Made by a program: the position numbers and the translations under genes. 62,790 bases of DNA from Alphaproteobacteria bacterium (GTDB lineage Bacteria > Pseudomonadota > Alphaproteobacteria > JABAAW01): contig JABACB010000002.1 of the NCBI GenBank assembly GCA_014237925.1, forward strand, positions 62,028 to 124,817, written 5' to 3'. Positions within the stretch are counted from its first letter, which is position 1. Each line of letters opens with the position of its first letter. This document shows, piece after piece, positions 27,222 to 38,546 of the stretch. Under the pieces are notes generated by a model. The model made no database searches and was not told where the DNA came from. It worked only from the letters and a program-made list of their open reading frames with translations.

Positions 27222-29155
27222 CGGCGGCGAGCCTTCAAGGTCACAAGAGGAGACAACAAGGAAAGAACCCCGCCCAAAACCATGACGAGCGCTCCCCCCC
27301 ACACCCAAAACATCAAGGGCTTGCCTTGCACACGCACCGAAAGGGTTTCTTCAGAATCGTTTGTCTTGCCGCGCGTCTTCTCGCGGGACATTGTGACATA
27401 AATGTCGCGCAAAAGCGACCGATCGATCGCTGCCTCCGTCGTCTCCAAGCCGCGAGGAGGATACACGCGACGCGAAGGCGAAAGCATCGCGCGCGACTTG
27501 TCGACAAAGGCGAAGCGCGCTCCGCGCTCCGTGTAGTTGACACCCCTGCGCGCGAACAATTCTTGCAACTCCAAAGACTCTGAAAAAAGAGGACCCGTGA
27601 GCGTGACCCGATCGCCCTCGCGCATCGTGCGAAACTTCTCGACATCGGTGAGGCTCGCGCCCGCGATCGCAATGACAACGATGCCAACACCCGCATGCAC
27701 CAGCGCGCTGCCGCGTGCATCCTTTGCCGACCTTGTCTTGACGGCACCCAACAAAGCCCATGCCCCCAACGCCGCCGCAATCGCAGCCGTTGCGCTCGTG
27801 CGGGTCAAGAGGAAAAACGCCAGCCCGAAGCCGCAGGCGACGGGCGCGAAGCGAATCAGATGTCGTCGAATTCGTGCCCTCGAGCTGCCTCCCCATCCCA
27901 AAACGGGCAACAACCCCAAGACGGCCAGCAGAAAAAGAAAAAACGGCGACAGCACAACCGCATAGTAAGGAGGACCTATCGACAAGGTGCGGTTTGTAAA
28001 GAACTCAAAGAACAGAGGATACAAGGTCGCCAACAAGACCAGCCCTGCGCACAGGCTCAACAGCAGCGCGTTCAACAGCTGTGCGCTTTCGCGCGAAAAA
28101 AAGGGCAACGCAGACGGCGGAGGTTTCGTGTTCTTGCCGCCCGTGCGCCACGCAAAAAGCGCCAGGGCGGAGGTGGTCAGCAGACTGACGCAAAGAAGGA
28201 TGACAAGCCCCCTGAGAGGGTCGCTGGCAAAACTATGCACCGACATCAGCACGCCTGAGCGCACGAGGAAGGTGCCGAGCAGGCTGGCGCTGAAGGCGAG
28301 CAACACGAGCAGCACCGCCCAAACAAGCAGTATTTGCCGTACCATGTACGAGCGCAGAGCATGCAAGGCGGCGGTTGCAAGCAGCCAAGGCATGAGCGAG
28401 GCGTTCTCGACAGGGTCCCAAAACCAAAAGCCTCCCCAGCCCAGCTCTTCGTAAGCCCAAAAAGCACCGAGCGTGATCCCTGCGCCCAAGAAGCACCATG
28501 CCACCAGCGTCCAAAGCCGCGTCTTCTGAGCCCACTCGCGCGAGCAGTCGTCCAGTATCAGTCCTGCTACCGTCGTGCTGAACGCTGCCGAAAGTCCCAC
28601 ATAGCCCAAGTAGAGCAACGGAGGGTGGAAAGCCAACGCAGGATGCTGAAGAATCGGATTCAAACCTTCCCCTTCCCAAGGGACAGGAAAAACGCGTGCG
28701 AAGGGGTTCGAGAAGAACAGCACGAACGCTAAAAAAAGCGCACAAATACAGCCTTGCACAGAAAGACTCAGAAGGGTCAGACGCGACGGCTTGCGTTGTG
28801 AGTATGCCATCGCAAGCGCGAACAGGCACAAGACGAAAACCCACAGCAGCATCGAACCTTCGTGGTTGCCCCACATCGCGGCGATTTTGTAGAGAGGCGG
28901 CTTCTGCGAGTGCGAGTGTTGCCAAACGAGCAACACCGAAAAATCGCTCGCGCGAAACGCGCGGATCAACATCGCGCAGGCGCAAAAACACAGCACGCAC
29001 AGCGACACAGCCAACGGACGCGCCAGCGACACAGCAGGCGCGAAGGTTGTGCCGAACCCACGTCCCCTCACCAGCCCCAGCGCGGGCAGGAAAGCTAGAG
29101 CCAGCGAAGTGCAGAACGCCAGCACCAACGCGTAGTGACCAATTTCGACGCCCAT
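27218..29155 (-). CDS. ccmF: Heme lyase CcmF
   Basis: WGNHEGSMLLW, HPPLLYLGY, WAYEELGWGGFWFWDPVENAS, SVHSFA. Confidence 0.98.
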   Translation of the reverse strand: MGVEIGHYALVLAFCTSLALAFLPALGLVRGRGFGTTFAPAVSLARPLAVSLCVLCFCACAMLIRAFRASDFSVLLVWQHSHSQKPPLYKIAAMWGNHEGSMLLWVFVLCLFALAMAYSQRKPSRLTLLSLSVQGCICALFLAFVLFFSNPFARVFPVPWEGEGLNPILQHPALAFHPPLLYLGYVGLSAAFSTTVAGLILDDCSREWAQKTRLWTLVAWCFLGAGITLGAFWAYEELGWGGFWFWDPVENASLMPWLLATAALHALRSYMVRQILLVWAVLLVLLAFSASLLGTFLVRSGVLMSVHSFASDPLRGLVILLCVSLLTTSALALFAWRTGGKNTKPPPSALPFFSRESAQLLNALLLSLCAGLVLLATLYPLFFEFFTNRTLSIGPPYYAVVLSPFFLFLLAVLGLLPVLGWGGSSRARIRRHLIRFAPVACGFGLAFFLLTRTSATAAIAAALGAWALLGAVKTRSAKDARGSALVHAGVGIVVIAIAGASLTDVEKFRTMREGDRVTLTGPLFSESLELQELFARRGVNYTERGARFAFVDKSRAMLSPSRRVYPPRGLETTEAAIDRSLLRDIYVTMSREKTRGKTNDSEETLSVRVQGKPLMFWVWGGALVMVLGGVLSLLSPLVTLKARRR

Positions 29156-29192
29156 CGTGCCTATGTCCGTGTCTGTATCGTCAAGGTTGTTG

Positions 29193-29687
29193 TCAAGGTT
29201 GCTCGCGCCAAAGGTTGTTTTTTTTCAGAGCTTTCTCCACCCCTCGCGGCATGTAGTACTCGTCGTGCTTTGCCAGGATCTGCTCTGCCTCCAGCAGCGG
29301 CAGAGGCTCGGAGGAAGTGCCTTCGACCCTCGCGGCTTGGAGCGTGCCTGTTGCAACGACGCCTTGTCCCTCTCGAAACAAGTCCGGCACGATGCCGCGA
29401 TAGCGCACCGCCACTCGCGCCGCGCCGTCCGTCACCACGAAGCGCACCTCGCCGCTGTCGCTGTCGCGGGCAACGCTACCCTCGACGACAAGCCCTCCCA
29501 GTCGAATGCGACCATCCCCCACCCTTCCTTCCGCAAGACGCTCCACGACATCCGAAGGCACAAGGAAGAAAACGACATTCTCGCGCAAGGCGACGAGGAC
29601 GAACGCCGTGCCGATGCCCACGCAAGCGAGCAACACGACCACTGCCGTCAGCCGTTGCGTTCTCCGCCAGCCCCTGCGAGGTCGCAT
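29193..29687 (-). CDS. ccmE: Heme chaperone CcmE
   Basis: IRLGGLV, PDLFREGQGVV, LAKHDEYY. Confidence 0.97.
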   Translation of the reverse strand: MRPRRGWRRTQRLTAVVVLLACVGIGTAFVLVALRENVVFFLVPSDVVERLAEGRVGDGRIRLGGLVVEGSVARDSDSGEVRFVVTDGAARVAVRYRGIVPDLFREGQGVVATGTLQAARVEGTSSEPLPLLEAEQILAKHDEYYMPRGVEKALKKNNLWREQP

Positions 29688-29690
29688 CGA

Positions 29691-29873
29691 TCAACCCCTC
29701 TCGCGTTCGCTCAGCGCGCGTTGCAACTCGCGGCGCAACGTTGTCCCTTCGCGTTTTAACCAGAGCGAGAACAGCAGCAGCGCGCACAGAAACAGAGCGT
29801 AGGCCACAACTACCAAAGCAGGTAGAGAGACGACGCGCTCAAGCACAGAGTTCCAAAGCGAGAAGAATGTCAT
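29691..29873 (-). CDS. ccmD: Heme exporter protein D
   Basis: 60 aa, one TM then a charged tail; lies between ccmC and ccmE. Confidence 0.78.
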   Translation of the reverse strand: MTFFSLWNSVLERVVSLPALVVVAYALFLCALLLFSLWLKREGTTLRRELQRALSERERG

Positions 29874-29888
29874 CGTCCGCCAAGAGCG

Positions 29889-30611
29889 TCAGGATAAGGG
29901 ATGCAACAAGCGTTGCAAGCGCGTGCGCATCGAGATGTTGTCGAACGCCGTGAAGCTTGCCCAAGCTGCGAAGAAGGTTGCGCCCGCTAGACAAAGCAGC
30001 AGAGGCTGCAACAGATCGGGATGAACGCTGCTGCCACCTTTGCGCAGCAGGCTTGCGGGTTGGTGCAGGCTGTACCACCATTCGACCGAGAACTTGACGA
30101 TGGGAAGATCGACAGCGCCCACCAGTACGAATACCGATGTTGCAAGCCGCGCGCGCGCGCCATCGACGAAAAGGCTGTGGAGCGCGAAGTAGCCGATATA
30201 GATGAAGAACAACACGAGCAGCGAGGTGAGCCGCGCGTCCCACACCCACCAAGCCCCCCAGCTCAGTTTTCCCCACAGCGATCCTGTCACCAAACACAGC
30301 GCGGTCATGAGCAGCCCTGTCGGCGCAACGGCGCGGCAGACGAGCGCGAAGCTTGGCAGACGCAGCACGAGGAAGCCGAGCGACGCCACCGCCATCGTGC
30401 CGTAGAGTAGCGTCGAGAGGGTGGCAGCAGGAACATGCAGGTAGATGATGCGCACCGATTCGCCTTGAAGATAGTCGGCGGGAGCGAAGAAGAACCCCCA
30501 AACCAGCCCTGTTGCGCCGAAGAGAATCGCGCCGAGCAGACAGACACCGCGCAAACGCGCGGCGACCTTGCCGGCTACGGAAGGGTTCGCCCATCGAAGG
30601 AGTTGCTTCAT
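29889..30611 (-). CDS. ccmC: Heme exporter protein C
   Basis: QGESVRIIYLHVP, WGAWWVWDARLTS, WWYSLHQ. Confidence 0.97.
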   Translation of the reverse strand: MKQLLRWANPSVAGKVAARLRGVCLLGAILFGATGLVWGFFFAPADYLQGESVRIIYLHVPAATLSTLLYGTMAVASLGFLVLRLPSFALVCRAVAPTGLLMTALCLVTGSLWGKLSWGAWWVWDARLTSLLVLFFIYIGYFALHSLFVDGARARLATSVFVLVGAVDLPIVKFSVEWWYSLHQPASLLRKGGSSVHPDLLQPLLLCLAGATFFAAWASFTAFDNISMRTRLQRLLHPLS

Positions 30612-30641
30612 CGCGCGTGGAGTTTTGCGAAAAATATCATC

Positions 30642-31541
30642 TTACGGCTTTTCCTCATCAGAACGCGAGCGAGAAACAGCACCAAGCAGCAGCGCGCAGA
30701 CGGGCAGCAAGGCAAGCGACAAGAAGACGCTGCCGCACAGCAGCAGTAGCGAAGGCACGAAGTCAAGAGCAAGAGAGTCAAGAGCAAGAGAGTTAAGAAC
30801 AAGAGGATTAGAAGAAAGAGAGGCGGCAGAGAGTCCGCTCGCCAAACACGACATCGACAGCAACAAGGGGGGCAGAAAAAGCGGCAGCGCGAGCAACAAA
30901 GCATTCTCGACGCGCGCACGCGATTGCAAGGTCAGAGTCGCCACAAACAATCCGACGGCAGAAAGGGCTGTCGCGCACAGCAGGGTTACGGGAAGCGCGA
31001 GCGAGAACGCCGCAAGCAAGGAAACTTCGAGGCGCGGATAGAACAACACCGAGCCCGTCGTTGCAAGCACGGCAGGCACACCCCGCAACAGGAGGAAGCT
31101 TGCAAACTTTGCAACGACAAACACAAGCCAGCCCTGAGCACTGAGCGCATAGAGCGTCAGGCTCTCGCGTTCGCCGTCGCGCGTGAGCCACCCCTCCAAG
31201 CCCAGCATGCAAGCGAAGCACAGCAGAAAGCCGCTGTTCGCCGCATACAAGACGGGCGAAGAGAGCGAAAGCTTCGACACTCCAAATGCCAACACCGCGC
31301 TCGCCAAAAGGACGAAGGAGGGAGCAAGCCACAAGCCGCTGCGCTCGCGCCGCGCCAGCGTTCGTTCGCGTGCAAGCAGAGCAGCAAAGACGATCCACGA
31401 ATCTCCCAAAGAAGAACCCAGAGAAGCATCAGAAGAATCATCAGGAGAATCATGCGGACGCGAGCGCGCGGAAAGATCGTCCGTGTTGTCTTCTGCGTCG
31501 TTCATGGCTTTTTCCATGTCTTTTTCTATGTCTTTTCCCAT
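30642..31541 (-). CDS. ccmB: Heme exporter protein B (divergent; start at 31541, 31517 or 31505)
   Basis: Polytopic membrane protein between ccmA and ccmC; LLALPLFLPPLL. Confidence 0.8.
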   Translation of the reverse strand: MGKDIEKDMEKAMNDAEDNTDDLSARSRPHDSPDDSSDASLGSSLGDSWIVFAALLARERTLARRERSGLWLAPSFVLLASAVLAFGVSKLSLSSPVLYAANSGFLLCFACMLGLEGWLTRDGERESLTLYALSAQGWLVFVVAKFASFLLLRGVPAVLATTGSVLFYPRLEVSLLAAFSLALPVTLLCATALSAVGLFVATLTLQSRARVENALLLALPLFLPPLLLSMSCLASGLSAASLSSNPLVLNSLALDSLALDFVPSLLLLCGSVFLSLALLPVCALLLGAVSRSRSDEEKP

Positions 31542-32191
31542 GTCTTTTTCACTGCTGTCAGCGTGAGCTTGCACCGCACTCTGTCTTGCAAGGACTTGGG
31601 AAGGTTTTCGTGCAAGGCGACGACGGCGACGCCACCGCGCTCCAAGTGCGCGAGCAGGCAGCGATGCAGCCGCTGCCTTGCCGTCGCATCGAGCGAGGCT
31701 TCGGGCTCGTCGAGCAGCCAAAGATTTGCGTGCGGTCTCAACGCCAACATTGCAAGCGCACCGCGCTGCTGCTCGCCTGCAGACAGGCTGGAAATAGAGA
31801 GGTGCCAAAATCCTTCGAGCGCAAACTGGCGCGCCGAAGATAGCAGCGTCGTTGCGTGTCTGCGCGGCGCGAACACCCTTGCCCAAAAACGCAAGTTTTC
31901 GAAAAGGCTCAAGCTCTTCAGGAAAGGCGCGCGGTGTCCGACCAGCATCGCCTCGCTTGCCAGCTCCGAGAAGGGGACGGAGCGACCTCGGTATCGCACG
32001 CGCCCCTTCGTGCTAACACCCTGCTGCATCACGCCGCACAGGCTTTGCAACAGGCAACTCTTGCCGCTGCCGTTCGCGCCGCGCACGGTTGTCACGCACC
32101 CTTGTTCGAGAGAAAAGGACAGATCAGAAAACAGAAGCCTGTCCGCCGCCGCGCACGAAAGCCCCTCCACCTCAAGATAGCGAGAAGACAC
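31526..32191 (-). CDS. ccmA: Heme export ABC ATPase
   Basis: GANGSGKS, LSAGEQQR, LWLLDEP, LAHLERGG; GTG start. Confidence 0.92.
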   Translation of the reverse strand: MSSRYLEVEGLSCAAADRLLFSDLSFSLEQGCVTTVRGANGSGKSCLLQSLCGVMQQGVSTKGRVRYRGRSVPFSELASEAMLVGHRAPFLKSLSLFENLRFWARVFAPRRHATTLLSSARQFALEGFWHLSISSLSAGEQQRGALAMLALRPHANLWLLDEPEASLDATARQRLHRCLLAHLERGGVAVVALHENLPKSLQDRVRCKLTLTAVKKTWEKT

Positions 32192-32199
32192 CTGCGAAG

Positions 32200-32670
32200 T
32201 CAGCTGCGAGTAGCCTTATGTTCAAAGCTTGTGAGCAGGTCGAAAATCTCGTCGCGGCTCTTCGTGCGCCGCAAGGCGGTTTGAAGAGGTTTTTGCGACA
32301 TCACCAGCGAAATGTGCGCGATCGTGCGCGCGTGTTGCGCACCATGCGCCGTATCGACGAGCAGCAGGAACAGCAAATCGACGGGCCTGTCGTCGGGGGC
32401 GTCGAAGCCGATCGGCTTGTCGAGACGCGCGAAGCAGCCGAGCGCGCCGTCGATCCCCTCGACCAACGCGTGCGGCAACGCGATGCCGCCGCCGGTCGCC
32501 GTCGAGCCTAGCTTTTCGCGCTCCCACAACAATTCCAGCGCGCGCGCACGATCCAACGCGTGGCTTTCTGCAAGGCGAGCGATCATCGTCTCGAAGGCAT
32601 GGCGGCGCGAGCGTGCTTTCAACGAAGCAAAGATCGCATCCAACGACAGCAGCTCTTCGATAAGAATCAT
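32200..32670 (-). CDS. ptsN: PTS IIA-like nitrogen regulatory protein
   Basis: REKLGSTATGGGIALPH, PIGFDAPDDRPVDL. Confidence 0.94.
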   Translation of the reverse strand: MILIEELLSLDAIFASLKARSRRHAFETMIARLAESHALDRARALELLWEREKLGSTATGGGIALPHALVEGIDGALGCFARLDKPIGFDAPDDRPVDLLFLLLVDTAHGAQHARTIAHISLVMSQKPLQTALRRTKSRDEIFDLLTSFEHKATRS

Positions 32671-33866
32671 GGCGAAAAAAACTTCCTCAAAACAACATGA
32701 TACACATCGCTCAGCTGTTCCAGCTCAGTGACAAGAATGCCCTCGTCGGTCGCATGCATGCTAGCGCCTACGGGACCGAAATCCAGCGTCGGACAGAGGC
32801 TGTAGAGAAAGCGCGAATCCGAAGTGCCGCCTTCGGTAGAAAGACGAGGCGTCCTTCCGCAAACCTCTTCGATCGCAGAGGAAACCAGAGCGCTGAAAGC
32901 GTTGGCAGGCGTGAAAAATACTCGTGCACCGGACAGACGCTCCACATCCACATCGATACCATGATCGCGCGCCTTCGCTCGCAACAAGGCGAGCAGGCTC
33001 GCTTCGTCGTGGAGCGGGTTGTAGCGAATGCTCAGCAAGGCTTCCGCGCGGGCGGGCAGCATGTTCGAGACATGCGTGTCCGTCGCCAGTCCCGCGATCT
33101 GCAAGCTGGAGGGTTCGAAGAGTCCGTCTTTCGTGCCTGCGTCCAACGAAAGTGTCGAGAGCGCATGCAAAAAAGGCAGAAACTTGTGCGCAGCATTATC
33201 CGCCAAGTGCGGATAGGCACTATGTCCCGCCTTGCCGCGCACGCGCACGCGCAGGCTCAAAGAGCCGCGCCGTCCGATCTTGATCCGATCGCCCAACACG
33301 CGATCGCTCGTAGGCTCGCCCGTCAAGCAGGCGTCGAAGTCTTTGTCCTTCGCCTCCAAGCGTTCGAGGAGTGCGCACGTGCCGAAATGCGCCGGTCCTT
33401 CCTCGTCGCCCGTCAGCAGCACGACGATCGAGCCGCGCTCAAACTTCTCTTCCGCCAAAAAATCGTGCGCCGCTTGGACGAAGGCTGCAACCGAGCTTTT
33501 CATGTCTACGCTGCCTCTGCCGATCAGCACGCCATCCTTCACGACCGCAGCGTAAGGGGGCGACGACCACAAGGAGGGGTCTCCTGCAGGGACGGTGTCG
33601 AGGTGTCCGCAGAAGGCAAGCACGGGCTTCGACGCTCCCGCGCGTGCGTAGAGGTTGTCCGTAGCCTCTTCTCCTTCGCCCAAGCGGTAGCGTCGCAAGG
33701 CAAAGCCCGCCGTCCGCAGTTTTGATTCGACCAGATCGAAAACCTCCCCTCGCGCAGGCGTAGGCGTGCGCGCACGCACGAGCGCTTGCGCCAAGCTCAG
33801 CGAGGAAGAGAGATCGCAAGTTGCAGAAGAGCCCTCGAGACGCTCGTCGCTCACATCCTCCCTCAT
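32667..33866 (-). CDS. dapE: Succinyl-diaminopimelate desuccinylase
   Basis: FCGHLDTVP, GRGSVDMK, GDEEG, TGEPT, GRRGS, GHSAYP, GGTSD, HATDE. Confidence 0.95.
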   Translation of the reverse strand: MREDVSDERLEGSSATCDLSSSLSLAQALVRARTPTPARGEVFDLVESKLRTAGFALRRYRLGEGEEATDNLYARAGASKPVLAFCGHLDTVPAGDPSLWSSPPYAAVVKDGVLIGRGSVDMKSSVAAFVQAAHDFLAEEKFERGSIVVLLTGDEEGPAHFGTCALLERLEAKDKDFDACLTGEPTSDRVLGDRIKIGRRGSLSLRVRVRGKAGHSAYPHLADNAAHKFLPFLHALSTLSLDAGTKDGLFEPSSLQIAGLATDTHVSNMLPARAEALLSIRYNPLHDEASLLALLRAKARDHGIDVDVERLSGARVFFTPANAFSALVSSAIEEVCGRTPRLSTEGGTSDSRFLYSLCPTLDFGPVGASMHATDEGILVTELEQLSDVYHVVLRKFFSP

Positions 33867-33876
33867 GCCTGCCCTC

Positions 33877-34746
33877 TCATGGTTGGAGCAGCGCGTCTCG
33901 TAGCAAGTCGTTGATGGCGGTTTTGGATTTTGTCTTTGCATCGACTCGTTTGACGATGACGGCACAAGCCAAGCTCGGTGCAGCGCTGCCGTCGGCTAGT
34001 AGCGGCGTTCGTGCGGGCAGCGAGCCAGGCACGACGACCGAGCCCGCCGGCACGCGACCGACATGCACCTCGCCGCTGTTGCGATCGACGATTCGCGTCG
34101 ATTGTCCCAAGAAGACGCCCATGGCGATCACGCTGCCTTGTTCGACGATCACCCCTTCGGCAACCTCCGAGCGTGCGCCGATGAAACAATCGTCCTCGAT
34201 GACGACAGGAGCGGCTTGCAAAGGCTCCAGCACGCCGCCGATGCCGGCTCCGCCTGAGATATGCACGCGCTTGCCGATTTGCGCGCAAGAACCTACCGTA
34301 GACCATGTGTCGATCATCGTCCCTTCGTCGACATAGGCACCGATGTTGACGAAGCAAGGCATTAGGACGACATCGCGTGCGATGTAGGAGCCTCGGCGCA
34401 CGACGCAACTAGGCACAGCGCGAAAGGCGGCGTTGCTGAAGTCGTGTTCCTGCCAGTCTTGAAACTTGTTGTCGATCTTGTCCCACCACAAGCCGCCTTG
34501 CGGTGCGCCTGAGATCGTCTTGAGAGGGTTGAGACGGAACGAGAGAAGGATCGCTTTCTTGACCCATTCGCAGGCGATCCACGGCTCGCCTTGTCGCGCC
34601 GTTGGTTTTTCGGCGGCGCGAATCTTGCCCGCGTCCAGCCGCGCGAGCACCGCATCGACGGTGGCGCGTGCAGACGAAGAGGAGGGGGAGAGCGAAAAAC
34701 GCTCTTCCCAGTAAGATTCGATCGATTCGCGGTGAGGATCGGACAT
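33877..34746 (-). CDS. dapD: Tetrahydrodipicolinate N-succinyltransferase
   Basis: [38 protein letters not shown]. Confidence 0.98.
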   Translation of the reverse strand: MSDPHRESIESYWEERFSLSPSSSSARATVDAVLARLDAGKIRAAEKPTARQGEPWIACEWVKKAILLSFRLNPLKTISGAPQGGLWWDKIDNKFQDWQEHDFSNAAFRAVPSCVVRRGSYIARDVVLMPCFVNIGAYVDEGTMIDTWSTVGSCAQIGKRVHISGGAGIGGVLEPLQAAPVVIEDDCFIGARSEVAEGVIVEQGSVIAMGVFLGQSTRIVDRNSGEVHVGRVPAGSVVVPGSLPARTPLLADGSAAPSLACAVIVKRVDAKTKSKTAINDLLRDALLQP

Positions 34747-34875
34747 GGAAAAAAGGACGCACGACACGCGCGAGGCAAAAACTCGCACAGCGCGAGCATT
34801 CTGCTCGTTTGCCTTTGCAGAGTCAATGTGAGAAAAACATAGCCTGAAGACAAAAACTTTGCAAGGGAAGGACGC

Positions 34876-37140
34876 GTGGAAACTGATCGGACACAGTTCG
34901 AAAAGGATTTCGAAAAAAAATGGCTGGAATCGCTGAACGACAAGCAGCGCGAAGCCGTCGAATGTTTGGAAGGACCGCTGCTCGTGCTTGCAGGTGCGGG
35001 AACAGGCAAGACGCGCGTACTTACCGTGCGCCTGATGACGCTGGTCGTTCGACGCTGCGCGTTTCCTTCGCAAATCTTGGCTGCCACTTTCACGAACAAG
35101 GCGGCACGCGAGATCGTCGGGCGTATCGAATCGCTGCTCGGCGCTGAGACGCATCGCATGGCGCTCGGCACTTTCCACGCTCTTTCCGTCAAGCTGCTGC
35201 GACGCTACGCCGCGAAGATCGGATTGCGCAGCGATTTCACGATCGTCGATACGGACGACCAAAGACGCTTGCTGAAAGAAGTGTTGCAAGGTCTGTCGCT
35301 AGAATCCGATCTGAGTGCGACGCGACGATGGGTTGGGATGATCCAACGATGGAAAGACCGCGCGCTCCAGCCCCATGCCGTAGACGAAGAAGAAGCTTCG
35401 GGACGCGCACGCGAGGTCTATCGGATCTATCAACAACGTCTCCTTGCTGCGGGCGCGTGCGACTTCGGCGACCTGATTCTCCATTGCGTCGAGCTCTTTC
35501 GCAACAACGCCGACATCCTACAGCAGTGTCGTGAGCGCTACCGCTATATTTTGATCGACGAATATCAGGACACGAACGCCGCTCAGTACCTTTGGATGCG
35601 CCTGCTCGCCGAGGGACACAAGAACATCTGCTGTGTCGGCGACGACGACCAATCGATCTACGGCTGGCGCGGCGCGGAGGTCGGCAACATCCTGCGCTTC
35701 GAACACGACTTCCCGCAAGCGCGCGTCATTCGTTTGGAGCGCAACTATCGCTCGCAACCGCATATCCTGCACGCCGCGGCGGGGTTGATAAGACGGAACA
35801 AACAGCGCATGGGCAAGACCCTGTGGACAGAAGAGCAGGGACAGGGTGCGCAGGAGCGAATCGCCATCCGCGGATTCTACGACGGAAGGAGCGAAGCGCG
35901 CGCGATCGTCGAGGAGATCGAGGCGTTGCACCGAAGGCATGCAATCGCCTACGGACAGATCGCCGTCCTCGTGCGCACAGGAACCCAAATGCGCGCTTTC
36001 GAAGAAGCCTTCCTGTTCGAAGACATTCCCTATCGAATCGTCGGCGGCGCACGTTTCTACGAACGCGAAGAGATCCGCGATGTCGTGGCTTACCTGCGCG
36101 CAACGCACCAAAGCGCTGACGACTTGGCGTTTCGACGCATCGCCAACAAGCCCGCGCGAGGGCTGGGGGCCATCACGTTGCAGAAGCTGGCAGCATTTGC
36201 ACAAGCGCAAGGCTTGCCCATGCAGGAGGCGGTAGAGAAGGTGGTGGAGGAAGGTATCGTGAAAGGACGCGCCGCCCACGCGCTTACGCTGTTGCAGCGA
36301 CAGCTGCAGCGCTGGCGCAATGATGTCGCCGAGATGTCTCTACGCCGCCTTGTCGAGCGTATCGTCGTGCAATCGGACTACGCTCAACATTGGCACGCCA
36401 AAGCGGACGAGCAGACACGCCTCGACAACATCCGCGAGCTCTACTCCGCCTTGGAGGAGGTCGAGAGCTTGGAAAGCTTTCTGGAGCATGTCGCGCTGGT
36501 CGCAGACGGCGAGGAGGAGGACGGGAAAGGGCGCGTCTCGGTGATGACCATGCACGCTGCCAAGGGCTTGGAGTTCGACGCCGTCTTCCTGCCGGGGTGG
36601 GAGGAAGGGCTGTTTCCGATGCAGCGCAGCATGCAGGAGAAAGGCGAGAAGGCACTGGAAGAAGAGCGACGATTAGCCTATGTCGCGCTAACGCGCGCGC
36701 GAAAGTATGTGACGATAGGTTACGCACGCTTGCGCCACATCTTCGGACAGATGCGTACAGCCGAACCCTCGCGCTTCCTCAAAGAGATACCGAGAGATGT
36801 TGTCGCGCACGACGAAACCGTCGTCTACGACCTCAATGATGCAGACGAGGGTTGGCACGCACAAGACGACATCTCCTCCTTTTCTCCCTCCTTTTCTCCT
36901 TCTTTCTCCTCTTCTCCCTCTTCCCCCTTGTCTTCTTCTTGGACGAACTCGCCGTCCGATGGGAATGCGCCCCGTGAATCACGAGCGTTTGCCAATGCCT
37001 TGAAGATAGGCGATGCGTGCAAACACCGCCAGCTCGGCGAGGGACGCGTCGTCGGCTGCGAGAAGAACTCGCTCACCGTCGCCTTTCCGAACAAGGGTGT
37101 CTATCGCATCGATCCCGATTATGTCGTCGCGCTCGATTGA
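34876..37140 (+). CDS. uvrD: UvrD/PcrA ATP-dependent DNA helicase
   Basis: [56 protein letters not shown]. Confidence 0.97.
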   Translation: METDRTQFEKDFEKKWLESLNDKQREAVECLEGPLLVLAGAGTGKTRVLTVRLMTLVVRRCAFPSQILAATFTNKAAREIVGRIESLLGAETHRMALGTFHALSVKLLRRYAAKIGLRSDFTIVDTDDQRRLLKEVLQGLSLESDLSATRRWVGMIQRWKDRALQPHAVDEEEASGRAREVYRIYQQRLLAAGACDFGDLILHCVELFRNNADILQQCRERYRYILIDEYQDTNAAQYLWMRLLAEGHKNICCVGDDDQSIYGWRGAEVGNILRFEHDFPQARVIRLERNYRSQPHILHAAAGLIRRNKQRMGKTLWTEEQGQGAQERIAIRGFYDGRSEARAIVEEIEALHRRHAIAYGQIAVLVRTGTQMRAFEEAFLFEDIPYRIVGGARFYEREEIRDVVAYLRATHQSADDLAFRRIANKPARGLGAITLQKLAAFAQAQGLPMQEAVEKVVEEGIVKGRAAHALTLLQRQLQRWRNDVAEMSLRRLVERIVVQSDYAQHWHAKADEQTRLDNIRELYSALEEVESLESFLEHVALVADGEEEDGKGRVSVMTMHAAKGLEFDAVFLPGWEEGLFPMQRSMQEKGEKALEEERRLAYVALTRARKYVTIGYARLRHIFGQMRTAEPSRFLKEIPRDVVAHDETVVYDLNDADEGWHAQDDISSFSPSFSPSFSSSPSSPLSSSWTNSPSDGNAPRESRAFANALKIGDACKHRQLGEGRVVGCEKNSLTVAFPNKGVYRIDPDYVVALD

Positions 37141-38530
37141 CAGAACAAGAAGGCTTGCCGCCTTCTTCCGATCCCCCTCGATGCAGGACTGCTTGCGTCG
37201 CGCCGCCCCGATCGTCGCAGGGCATGTCACGATCGCGCTCTTGGGGGTTGTCGACACCGCGGTTGCAGGACGCATGCCGGGTGTCGCCTTCCTCGCAGCC
37301 GTAGGCTTGGGTAGCATCTTCGCCCATTTCGTCTTTTGGCTCTTCGGATTCTTACGCATGGGAACGACAGGTGTTACAGCCCAAGCGATCGGTGCCAACG
37401 ACGCACGCGGCGTGAGGCTATCGCTCTTGCGCGGCGCAGGTTTTGGCGCAGTACTCGGAATGCTGCTGTTGTTGCTTTCTCCTCTGATCGTCTCTCTTGC
37501 CGTCGAACTCTATGTTCAGGACAAAACCCTGACGCAGCCCTTCTCGCAGTATTTGACCATCCGTTTCATCGGAGCTCCTTTCGCGCTCGCTTCGTACGCT
37601 TTCTACGGATGGTTCTTGGGTGTCAATCGCAGTGCCTTGATGATGGTGATCCAGACCTTTGTCATCGCTACGAACATTATCTTGAGCCCTCTGCTCGCCT
37701 TCGGTTTCGGATGGGGGGTCGAGGGAATCGCATGGGCTACGGTGGCAGCTGAGATTCTCGGTGCCGTCCTCTCGCTCGTCTGCGTCGTTCGAATCCTGTC
37801 GCGCGTCCCCCAGCTGAGACTTTCGCGCAAGATTGCACGCGCAGACCTTCTCGATGTTCGTGAGGTCCGAAGATTTTTCGCCATCAACACGCATATCTTC
37901 GTGCGCACGCTGTGCATGCTGCTCGCCTTCCAGTTCTTTTGGCTGCTGTCGGCTTCGGTCGGCAACATCGCGCTCGCCGTCAACACGATCCTGCGCCAGC
38001 TGATCGAGATCGCCGCCTTCGCCCTAGACGGATTCGCCCTCGCCGGCGAGGCGATGGCGGGCGAACAAGTTGCACGATACGCGAGCAAGAAGAAGAGCTT
38101 GGCTGCCGTCGATTCGGTCGTGCGCGTCGTCTTCGTGTGGTCGTGCCTTTTCGCCCTGCTCTTCGCCTTCGTCTATGCCGTCGCCTTCGATTCGATCGTC
38201 GCGGGATTCACCGATATCGAAGCCGTGCGCACAGCGGCTCCCTCCTACCGATGGTTTGCCGTCTTCGTTCCCGTCGTCGCCGTGTGGGCATACGCGTGGG
38301 ACGGAATCTTTCTCGGACTCACCCTAACCCGCGCCATCATGGTCTGCATGGCACTGGCGGCAGCAGGATTCGTGCTGGTGGCACTGCCGCTCACCGCTCT
38401 CTTCGACAACACGGGGTTGTGGATTGCTCTCTACCTCTTCTTCGCCTTGCGCGCGCTCACGCTCTATGTCGCGTGGAGAAGATGGCGCAAAGGGAAAGGG
38501 CGCAAGGAGAAGGGAAACCTTCTTCGCTGA
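37121..38530 (+). CDS. MATE family efflux transporter (DinF-like)
   Basis: LLGVVDTAVAG, FGFLRMGTTG, ALDGFA, WDGIFLG. Start at 37121 or 37181. Confidence 0.92.
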   Translation: MSSRSIDRTRRLAAFFRSPSMQDCLRRAAPIVAGHVTIALLGVVDTAVAGRMPGVAFLAAVGLGSIFAHFVFWLFGFLRMGTTGVTAQAIGANDARGVRLSLLRGAGFGAVLGMLLLLLSPLIVSLAVELYVQDKTLTQPFSQYLTIRFIGAPFALASYAFYGWFLGVNRSALMMVIQTFVIATNIILSPLLAFGFGWGVEGIAWATVAAEILGAVLSLVCVVRILSRVPQLRLSRKIARADLLDVREVRRFFAINTHIFVRTLCMLLAFQFFWLLSASVGNIALAVNTILRQLIEIAAFALDGFALAGEAMAGEQVARYASKKKSLAAVDSVVRVVFVWSCLFALLFAFVYAVAFDSIVAGFTDIEAVRTAAPSYRWFAVFVPVVAVWAYAWDGIFLGLTLTRAIMVCMALAAAGFVLVALPLTALFDNTGLWIALYLFFALRALTLYVAWRRWRKGKGRKEKGNLLR

Positions 38531-38546
38531 CTCGCGGAAAGAAGCC

